A stretch of 64,000 nucleotides of DNA from Anolis carolinensis (taxonomy: Eukaryota). Made by a program: the position numbers and the translations under genes. Under the pieces are notes generated by a model. It was not told the origin of the DNA. It did no database searches and was given only the letters and a program-made list of their open reading frames with translations. Positions 17,747-27,900 of the stretch are shown one piece after another (position 1 is the stretch's first letter; every line of letters begins with the position of its first letter). The stretch lies in contig NW_026943818.1 in the NCBI RefSeq assembly GCF_035594765.1, positions 10,573,924 to 10,637,923 on the forward strand. Direction: 5' to 3'.

Positions 17747-20700
17747 ACCACACAGTCCTAGACACTTGGGAAGTGTTCGACTTGTGATTTTGTGATATGA
17801 AATCCAGCATATCTATCTTGTTTGCTGTGCCATAATAAAATAATAATTATGATGATGATAGATTCTGAAGAGTAAATGCACCCCTGGTCCTTACTATTAC
17901 CACTACTACTAATAATAAATAATAGATCCTGCAGGATAAATGCACCCCTAGTCCTTACAAATAAATATAATGCCTGAGTGTAAATGCACCCATAGTCCAA
18001 GATTTCAGACCTCTTTCTGGAATGAAAAGAGATCGGAAAATCCAAACCCATTTTGCACTTACTTATATCAATAGAGAAGAGGTCGCCGTAAAATGTGTCA
18101 CTGGCCAAGCCGCCGTGGACGAAGAGTCGGTTCCCCACGGCTACCATTACGTGGCCATGCCGAGGTGTGGGCGCCTGGCCCGAAACCTCTGGTTGGAGCC
18201 ATGTCAACGTGGCTACGTGGGAGGAGAAACACTGGGGTGAGTTGGGAGAAAAATCCCACAAAAATCCAGCCAAAGTGGTGTCAATAGAAACTTAGAGCTG
18301 GAAGAGACCCCAAAGAACCACAACTCGAGAGCCAACCTGAGTCGAATATATGAAGCTGTTGGTCTTGAACAGGGTCCGCTCCTTTGTCGCCACCTCCGAA
18401 GACATACAAACGGTCCCCAATAGCCGCCGTGGACGTGTGAAAAGTCCGAACAGATGGAGGAACCCCACGTACCTCCGGCTTCTCCCACGTTCCAGTTTCT
18501 AAGGAGGAAAACAAACAAACAATTCACAAATCATTGGTTGGTAGCTTTGGGAAGGAACTACAGTTGTCCCTCCACATTTATGGTTATGCTTTCTGTGGAT
18601 ATGATTAAAAATACAGTAGAGTCTCACTTATCCAAGCCTCGCTTATCCAAGCTTCTGGATTATCCAAGCCATTTTTGTAGTCAATGTTTCCAATATATCG
18701 TGATATTTTGGTGCTAAATTCGTAAATACATTAATTACAACATAACATTACTGTGTATTGAACTACTTTTTCTGTCAAATTTGTTGTATAAACATGATGT
18801 TTTGGTGCTTCATTTGTAAAATCATAACCTAATTTGATGTTTAATAGGCTTTTCCTTAATCCCTCCTTATTATCCAAGATATTAACTTATCCAAGCTTCT
18901 GCCGGCCCGTTTAGCTTGGATAAGTGAGACTCTACTGTAGCATCTGTTTAGCAGCCTGATTATATTTAATCTGTATTTGTGGTCTTTCATTCATTTGCAT
19001 GCAGGTTTGACTGCATTGTCTTTTTATTTTTCTCTTTAAAAAGATTTTTGGGGGAATATGCGAATTTCACAGATGACCACTCGAAGCAACATGGTTGCAG
19101 GTAAGTAACCCATTCATCTGTACCTTAGATACTATACATTATCATCATCATCATCATCATCATCCTTACTTTGGATGTTATACATCATCATCATTATTAT
19201 TATTATTGACACAAAGACATAGTATGACACAGCAAATGAGATATACCATGTTTCCCCGAAAATAAGACAGTGTCTTATATTCGTTTTTGCTCCCAAAGAT
19301 GTGCTAGGTCTTATTTTCAGGGGATATCTTATCTTTCCATGAAGAAGAATTAACATTCATTGTCGAACAAAAAAATGAACATTTATTATATACTGTACAG
19401 TAGTTGTCATCACAAACCAACATAATCAAACCAGACAAACTGAATCCTGTCAAGAATTTCTTGTTACTACATAAATATAAATAATATAAAATTTTAATAT
19501 ATTATTACCATTATTTCCATGTACAACTGGTATGTACATTTACCGATCCTGCGAGTTCTGGTGTTTTGTTTGGTGGGCACCGGGCATGCTTCCAAACAAA
19601 AACTTGGCTAGGTCTTACTTTTGGGGGAGGCCTTATATTTAGCAATTCAGCAAAACCTCTGCTAGGTCTTATTTATTGGGGATGTCTTATTTTCGGGGAA
19701 ACAGGGTATATGCTGGATTTTGTATGCTGGATTATTATTATTATTTTATTATGACACAGCAAACAAGATAGATATGCTGGATTTCGTATCACAAAATCAC
19801 AAGTCGAACACTTCCCAAGTGTCTAGGACTGTGTGATGTATTTTCGGATGATGCGCGCAGATCCAGTAGGGTAGCCTTTTGCAGTTGGCAGATCGTAATT
19901 TTGTCAATGTCTATTGTTTTGTTGTGCCAGCTGTCAGCTCTAGTTTGTAGTGCGGTTTTCTTGTACTGGTTTTTTGTCTGCTGTGCTTTGAGGAGTTTCT
20001 GATTTTTGACTTCAATCAAAGCAGGTTCTTCACTTTGCTTTCCATATTCTGCCAGGGCATGTTCTTCTTCTTTGACTGCTTGTTTTACTTGTAAAGAGAG
20101 TCCTCTGCCCCCTGATCTTCTAGGCAGATATAGCCGGTCAACATCACTGCGAGGGTGCAGTGAATGATGAATGGTCATGAGTTTTCTTGTTTTTCTGTCC
20201 AAATTGTCCAGTTCTATCTGTGTCCAGTTTATGATGCCAGCAGTATATCTTATGACAGGTATGGCCCAGGTGTTTATGGCCTTGATGGTGTTGCCTCCAT
20301 TGAGCTTGCTTTTGAGAATTTTTCTGACCCTTTGTGTGTATTCTTTGTTGACCACAGTCTTCACATGTTCATGCTTGATGTTGTCCAGCTGTAATATGCC
20401 CAGATATTTATAGGCCTCTGGCTGGCGACACTTTATTGTTTGGCCATTAGGCATATTGATGCCCTCACTTTCAATGATTTTTCCCTTCTTCAATGCCACT
20501 GTCGAACATTTGTCCAAACCAAACTCCATGCTGATATCAGTGCTAAAAATTCGGACAGTGTTGGTCAGTTTCCGTTTCAGTTTCCGTTTTCCCATACAGC
20601 TTCAGGTCATCCATGTACATCAGATGCGAAATTTTGTGAGAATTCTTAGATGTTTGATAGCCGAGATTTGTTTTTTGTAAGATTGTTGATATTACTATAA

Positions 20701-23700
20701 TTATTATAATTATATTATTATTATTATTATTATTATTATTAGAAAGCAAGAAGTGTATGTTTTATGGTTGCATTTTAACTATGTCGTAATAGGTGCTTTC
20801 GTAGACGCGTTCGACTATGTTGTGCCCCACCTTGAGCAGGTAATAAATAATAATAATAATAATAAATATTATTATTATTATTAGAATACAAGAAGTATAT
20901 GTTTTATGGTTGCATTTTATCTATTTCATAACAGGTGCCTTTACAGATGGATTTGACTGTGTTGTGCCCCACCTTGAGCCAAAAAGGAGATGGAGGTAAT
21001 AAATACTTGATTATTATTATTTATTCAAAAACAAGAATACTTACCAAGGTCCAAGACCTGGAGGCAGTTCCGATTGCCGCCCTCGCTGGCTCCTCCGAAG
21101 ACCCAGAGCTTTGTGGGCTGGCTTTCAGGAATGAATGCGGCCTGTTCATATCGCGGCAAAAGGCCCGGCCACGTTGGGGCCGTCCACCTGTGCGCATCTG
21201 TTGGAGACAAACAGTGGGTGAGAAAGCACCGCTTGGCCTGGGTACGTCTACACCGTGGAGTTAATGTGGTTCAATCCCTCACCCAGATCGAGGGTATAGG
21301 AGTCGGAGAAGCTGCCGTTTGGGTCGGCTCCTCCGACGATGAGGACGGTTCCTCTCTTGCCGTTCGGGAGGTGAAACGAGACATGGCCGACGCGGGGACA
21401 AGGGCCCTCCCCGAAGGGCGCCAAGCAGTACCTACAAATAAAGATTATAAACAAACAATGGCAACATGTTGTCGAAGTTTTCCGGGCGGTATGGTCATGT
21501 TCCAGAAGCATTCTCTCCTGACGGTTCACCCACATCTATGGCAGAGATTGTGAGATGTGTTGGAAACTGTTGGGAGGCAAGTGTTGCATTTTAACTATGT
21601 TGTCATAGCTTCAAAGCCTGGCTGCTTCCTGCCTGGGGGGAATCCTTTGTTGAGAAGTGTTAGCTGGCCCTGATTGACCTGCATTGGTCACACTTCTCCT
21701 GGTTATCTGACATTACCTCAGGGCTCCTCTCATCCCAAATTATGGAGCCTAGGGGATAAAAGCCTCGTGACTTGAAGGTTGGGTTGCTGACCTGAAAGCT
21801 GCCAGGTTCGAATCCCAACCGGGGAGAGTGCGGATGAGCTCCCTCTTTCAGCTCCAGCTCCATGTGGGGACATGAGAGAAGCTTCCCACAAGGATGGTAA
21901 AAAATCAAAACATCCCGGCAACGTCCCCTGGGCAACGTCCTTGCAGACGGCCAATTCTCTCACTCCAGAAGCAACTCAAGTTGCTCCTGACACAAAAAAA
22001 AAATCCCAAATTGACCTCAAACGAATCTGTAGATTTATTTACATTCTGAGTAAATATTTATAATGTGCACTTTGCTAATCAACAATTACCACCTCACTGT
22101 TTTTAAATTCTATGTTTTTAATTAAGTGTGTTTTTTATCCTTTTGGTTGATGTGCAAATATTACAATTGGTGCATGTTATTGTTTATTATTTATTTATTT
22201 ACTTACTCACTACATTACGGCTTACAAATTAAATTTGCATTCAATATTATATTATTAGCATAGTACAATACTGGTAATAAATTACTATATACTTGATACT
22301 ATATCAATATATTGTAATATTATTAGTAATATTACATGTAAAATATAATATATACAGTAGAGTCTCACTTATGCAACACTCGCTTATCCAAAGTTCTGGA
22401 TTATCCAACGCATTTTTGTAGTCAATGTTTTCAATATATCGTGATATTTTGGTGCTGAATTTGTAAATACTGTAATTACAACATACCATTACTGCATATT
22501 GAACTACTTTTTCTGTCAAATTTGTTGTATAACATGATGTTTTGGTGCTTAATTTGTAAAATCATAACCTATTTTGATGTTTAATAGGCTTTTTCTTAAT
22601 CTCTCTCAACATATTCGCTTATCCAATGTTCTGCTGGCCCGTTTATGTTGGATAAGTGAGACTCTACTGTAATTAATATTATTACTGTATATTGTATGAT
22701 TAGCATTATATTGTATTATATTGTATTACAATATACAGTAGAGTCTCACTTATCCAACTTAAACGGGCCGGCAGAATGTTGGATAAGCGAATATTTTGGC
22801 TAATAAGGAGGGATTAAGGAGAAGCCTATTAAACATCAAATTAGGTTATGATTTTACAAATTAAGCACCAAAACATCATGTTAGACAACAAATTTGGCAG
22901 AAAAAGTAGTTCAATACGCATTAATGCTATGTAGTAATTACTGTATTTATGAATTTAGCACCAAAATATCACAATATATTGAAAACATTGACTACAAAAA
23001 TGGCTTGGATAATCCAGAGGCTTGGATAAGCGAGGCTTGGATAAGTGAGACTCTACTGTATTTATTTATTTATTTGCTACATTTATATCCCGCCCTTCTC
23101 ACCCCAAAGGGGACTCAGAGCGGCTTACAAATTAAATTCGCATACAATATTATATTATTAGCATAGTACAATATTGGCAATAAATTACTATACTGTAGTA
23201 TATCTATATATTGTAATATAATATTGATAATATTATAATGTATTACAATATAATACTGATAATAATGCAGTGTAATAATATTAATTATATATTATATATT
23301 AAATGTAATATTACTAATAATATTACAATGTAATTATATAGTACAATGTAGTAATTTAATGCTAGTATTGTACTATGCTCATAATATAATGTATTGTATG
23401 TGAATGTAATTTGTAAGCCGCTCTGAGTCCCCTTTGGAGTGAGAAGGGCAGCATATAAATATAGTAAATAAATAAATAATATTATTAGTAATATTACATG
23501 TGAAATATAATACATAATTAATATTATTATATTGTATGATTAGTATTATATTGTATTACAATATAATATTATGAATGTATTGTATATTGTTATTGTTTTG
23601 TATTTCATATTTCTGTAAGCCGCCCCGAGGGGAGATGGTGGCGGGATACAAATAAACATTATTATTATTATTATTATTGTTCTTGTTTCCTGTCTGGAAT

Positions 23701-23956
23701 CCCAAAACACCTGAATGAAGTGCCGAAGTTGGCCCATGCCTCATCTACACTGTAGAGTTAACGCAGTTTCATACCACTTGGCCCACCCTGGCTCTAGGGC
23801 TTCTCCTTTGGTGAGGCAAACTGATTCCTGAATTTCAGCCCCCTACACGCATTCATTCTCCCAATTGCATTCACACGTGCGGCACAGACGCGTGTTTAGA
23901 ACGCACCAGCTGGCTACTTCCGGGTTGCTCCCAGGCTTCAGTTCTTCCAGCGACAT
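16263..23956 (-). CDS. RABEPK: Rab9 effector protein with kelch motifs (p40), 335 aa. Coding exons (-) 23956-23907, 21431-21283, 21197-21045, 18498-18337, 18212-18063, 16725-16576, 16456-16263
   Basis: Kelch repeats PCPRVGH..IVGG, LLPRYEQ..WVFGG, RTFHTS..LYVFGG, PRHGHVMV..FVHGG, RAAHSAV..LYIFGG and GRLDHSMCIIPW..LIFGG. N-terminus MSLEELKPGSNPEVASW. GT-AG introns with continuous frame (1008 nt). Lies between HSPA5 and PPP6C. Confidence 0.94.
16972..17995. repeat. Compound minisatellite (AGATTCTGCAGGGTAAATGCACCCCTGGTCC plus variable (CTA)n/(TAA)n), including a roughly 290-bp duplication carrying an R4 3' end
   Basis: The core recurs about every 55-85 bp. The block at about 17296-17575 is repeated at about 17578-17860. 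Confidence 0.85.
18614..18937. mobile_element. CAGTAGAGTCTC MITE (Tc1/mariner superfamily)
   Basis: Full TIRs, TA-flanked. Confidence 0.82.
19246..19706. mobile_element. Second Tc1/mariner-type MITE family (TIR CCRTGTTTCCCCGAAAATAAGAC, TA target)
   Basis: TA|CCATGTTTCCCCGAAAATAAGAC ... GTCTTATTTTCGGGGAAACAGGG|TA. A second copy lies at 60451-61102. Confidence 0.8.
19745..20690 (-). mobile_element. R4/Dong-clade non-LTR retrotransposon, 5'-truncated and internally deleted
   Basis: RT catalytic motif HLMYMDDLKLY (ORF 20543-20749). YKYLGI...KAINTWAIPVIRY...RLYLPRRSGGRGL and QLQKATLL (ORF 19789-20595). Both ends are embedded in (TAA)n. Confidence 0.82.
21755..22003 (+). mobile_element. tRNA-derived SINE (Anolis SINE2-like); related copies at 36948-37215(-) and 41925-42180(-)
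   Basis: B-box GGTTCGAATCCC, oligo-A tail, recurrence within the window. Confidence 0.7.
22355..23058. mobile_element. Two adjacent CAGTAGAGTCTC MITEs in opposite orientation (22355-22669, 22736-23058)
   Basis: Each has full TIRs and TA flanks. Confidence 0.82.
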
Positions 23957-24948
23957 TCATGCGGCTGAAGGACAGCAAAAAGGGCGGGGTTTGCTGCTTT
24001 CGCCACGCCCCCTGTCCCGTTGCTAGGAGATCTCAAGCCCCGCCTCCAAGATGAGTCCACTCTGTGCAATCGCCCCACCCTCTTCTTCGCAACTGACCAA
24101 TCAAAAGGGGAGGTTTCAGCAAATCCGCGGAAGCTGGACACAGAGAGAAAGACGGAAAGGGTCTTTGGAGACGGAATGTTTTCGCGCATGCGCAGAAGTC
24201 GCGTACAAAGATCAAAAAAGGCTTTGAAGGCAGAAGGAATGTTTTTGCGCATGCGCAGAAGTCGCGTACAAAGAACGAAAAAAGGCTTTGAAGGCAGAAG
24301 GAATGTTTTTGCGCATGCGCAGAGACCGAAAACGGAGACTGCGAAAGGCCATTTGAAGGCGGAGAGGGTGTCTTCTGCGCATGCGTGGAGGTCGGGCACA
24401 AAGAGACGCCTTTGGAGACGGAAGGAGTGTTTCCGCGCACGCGCAATGGCAGGAGACAAAGAGCGCGAACAAAAGGGCCTTTGAGAGGAAAGAGGGCTTC
24501 TTCTGCGCATGCGTAGAGTCCGGAAACAGAACGGAAAGGTCTTTTGGAGGCGGAGAGGATGTCTTCTGCGCCTGCGCAGAGGCCAGGCCAAAAAGGAGAG
24601 CGCGAACGAAAGGGCCTTTGAGAGGAAAGAGGGCTTCTTCTGCGCATGCGTAGAGTCCGGAAACAGAACAGAAAGATCTTTTTGGAGGCGGAGAGGGTGT
24701 CTTCTGCGCCTGCGCAGAGGAAAGGCAAAAAAAAGAGAGCGCGAACGAAAGGGCCTTTGAGAGGCGAGAGGACTTCCTTTGCGCATGCGTAGAGGCCGGA
24801 CCTGTTGAGGCGACGAAGGGGAGGCCGAGAGGGCGTCTTCTGCGCCTGCGCAGAGGCCGGGAGCCTCCGGAGCGGATGTTCCCTTCGCACAATCCGGAAG
24901 TAGCCGCTCTGGTCCCGCATCTCTCCTTTGCCCCCTCTTCCTTCCAAA
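23957..24948. promoter_or_regulatory. Bidirectional CpG-island promoter of RABEPK/PPP6C with a tandem array of 11 NRF1-like sites, an ETS/GABPA site and a YY1-like motif
   Basis: The divergent ATGs at 23956(-) and 24949(+) are 992 bp apart. YGCGCAYGCGCR-like sites start at 24183, 24246, 24310, 24376, 24434, 24504, 24567, 24641, 24705, 24780 and 24841. CCGGAAGT at 24894. AAAATGGCG spans the PPP6C ATG. CCAAT at 24097. Confidence 0.88.
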
Positions 24949-27900
24949 ATGGCGCCGCTGGACTTGGATAAGTATGTGGAGATCGCGCGGCTCTGCAAAT
25001 ACCTGCCCGAAAACGACCTCAAGGTGAGGCCTGAGGGAGGAAGGGGGCCGAAGTGTATGGATAGAGGTAGATAGGGAGAGAGGTCATCCTGGGGCCTATC
25101 TATCCTATTCCAGGCATGGGCAAACTTCGGCCCTCCGGGTGTTTTGGACTACAACTCCCACAATTCCTAACAGCCGGTAGGCTGTTAGGAATTGTGGGAG
25201 TTGTAGTCCAAAACACCCGGAGGGCCGAAGTTTGCCCATGCCTGATCTATTATATCAGTTTATACTATTCATCTATCTATTCTATTTTTATTTATTCTAT
25301 CTACCCTATTATTTCTATCCTATTTCATCCATTTATTGATCTAGTCTATCAGTTTTATTATTCTATATATCCTATTCACCTATCTGTTCTACTCTTATCT
25401 ATTCCCTATGTCAGAAATATGGAAAGACACTCTGGGATTTGTTGCAAAGCCTAAATATTTTATGTTGTGCCTGTACAACATAAGGTTTTTTTTAGTTTTA
25501 ATGGTTTTATCCTATTGTCTTATGCTTTAGATTTGATCTTTGTTATTTATGTAAAAGAGCCCCGGTGGCGAAGTGTGTTAAAGCACTGAGCTGCAGAACT
25601 TGAAGACCGAAAGGTCACAGGTTCAAATCCCGGGAGCGGAGTGAGCGCCCACTGTTAGCTCTAGCTTCTGCCAACCTAGCAGTTCGAAAACATGCCAATG
25701 TGAGTAGATCAATAGGTACTGTTCTGGCAGGAAGGTAACGGCGCACCATGCAGTCATGCCAGCCACATGACCTTGGAGGTGTCTACGGACAACGCCGGCT
25801 CTTCGGCTTAGAAATGGAGAAGAGCACCAACCCCCAGTGTTGGTCACGACTGGACTTAACGTCAAGGGAAACCTTTACCTATCCTATTCACCTATCTATT
25901 CTTTTCTTATCTATTCCATCTATGACAGAAATATGTAAAGACATTCAGGATTGTTGCAAGGTGTAAATATTTTATCTGTTGTCGAAGGCTTTCATGGCCG
26001 GGATCAAAGCATTGTTGTATGTTCTCGGGGCTGTATGGCCATGTTCCAGAAGTATTCTCTCCTGACATTTTGCCTACATCTGTGGCAGGCATCCTCAGAA
26101 GTTGTGAGGATCATGGCCATACAGCCCGGAAAGCATACAACAACCCTAAATATTTTATGTTGTGCCTGTGATTGTTGTCACAGTTTTTTTTAGTTTTAAT
26201 GTTTTTATTCTATTGTCTTATGCTTTGGATTTGCTCTTTGTTATTTATGTATGTGAGACGTTTAATTTTGCCATTGAATATGTTGTGAGAAAACGGTGTA
26301 TAAGTGCCATACATAATTTTCTGGCTTATAAGACGACTGGGTGTATAAGATGACCCTTAACTTTTCCAGTTAAAATATAGAGTTTGGAATATACTTGTCT
26401 TCCAATGCACACCAAATAAAAAGGCTGTCAGAGCACACTTGTCTGCCCTGCCCTTGTATCCTATTACTGTACCTCCTTCTCTGCCTCTCAGATCTCGCAC
26501 ATGCATGGTACAGAGTGACAAAGACAAGGACAAACAGGCTGAGAGACAACCTTTATCCTAGAGTTGCAGCTATGGTTTCACATTGATGTGGCATTGGGGG
26601 CTGTGTGGTGGTGGTGGGAGTATGGAGGGATGGGTGTGTTGTTTTTGTGATGTGTGCTGGGGAAAGCATTTAATTTCATTGGACAATGTGCAATGACAAT
26701 AAAGTTATATTCTGAGATTATCTCATTGCCTGTATAGATATGCTGGTATGTGTCGAGAAATGATCCTTCAGGTGATGTGTTTTTTGAGCTTTAAAATTTA
26801 CGAGAAGCGCTTCAAACTGGACTTGGAAATGGTATGGTTTTGCTTCTGCTTGTACAATGTGGTCATGTCCACCAGTCCTAGTCAGAAACATTCCTGTGTT
26901 TTTATTTGTAATTATGCTATTCACAATATGGAGAGTTATTGTACTGAAATGATCTCCTCGTTCTAGCGCTTGTGTGACTACGTTTGCGACCTGCTCTTAG
27001 AAGAATCAAATGTGCAGCCAGTTTCTACCCCTGTTACAGTTTGTGGCGATATCCATGGACAGGTGAGATTTCTCACACATCTTCATATTGTGGAGAATTT
27101 GATGGTATTTTCCTCTTCCATACAGCAGTTTTGGCTTTCTAAACAATAGTTGCTGTCACTGAAAGTCAACAATAGAAAGAATGATGCTAGCTTCAGGCAA
27201 TACTAGGATCGAGTTGACCACTTTGTAGCAATTAGCGAAACCCTGACCGTTAACTGCCTGCATCTTGTTTTGTTCAGTATATATTCGTTCATCACTTGAA
27301 ACTATTTCATGGTAACAGAAGGGTTGTCCTTATAACCCTGTGAAATTCTTAACGATTCAGACTATATGCCCTCTGGAAATGCTACAGCAGGCATAAGCAA
27401 ACTTTGGCCTGCCAGGGTGTTTTCAACTTCAACTCCCACAATTCCTAACAGCCTACTGCCTTTGACAATATAATTAACACTCTATTAAAATACATAAACA
27501 TTGTCAGCACCTCTGCTTTTATATAGACTTTAACGTGGTCTTCCTTTTTGCCTTTCAGTTTTATGATTTATGTGAATTGTTCAGAACCGGAGGCCAAGTC
27601 CCCGACACAAACTACATATTTATGGTGTGTATAAATGGAAATCTGAAAATTTTCTAATGTTGTAACATTGCAACTTAGTCCTCAAGGGAGCCGTTTCTTT
27701 TCTTCTGCTACTTAGTGTGTCTTGCCTCTTTGTGATTTTGTTTGTTTGTTTTTAGCCCAATGAGGGATAGTGGGAAAGGAAATAAACAATTAGGTCCTTG
27801 TCAATAATTCCTTTTTGATTTCCATTTTGCTTTCTATGTTATACTTACCGCACGGTGTGCACTAAACTGTTGTTTTAATTGCAGGGAGATTTTGTAGATA

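Noticed and set aside
17142-17810. Hydrophobic or poly-Asn ORFs resembling membrane proteins
   Set aside because: They are translations of (TAA)n/(CTA)n microsatellites.
21790-21820. tRNA genes suggested by GGTTCGAATCCC B-boxes (also 25620, 37135, 46195)
   Set aside because: They are heads of tRNA-derived SINEs followed by SINE bodies, with no complete cloverleaf.
23938-25022. Long ORFs (282, 329 and 226 aa) across the RABEPK/PPP6C promoter
   Set aside because: They are repetitive Arg/Ala/Cys-rich translations of a GC-rich tandem repeat depleted of stop codons, with no recognisable domain.
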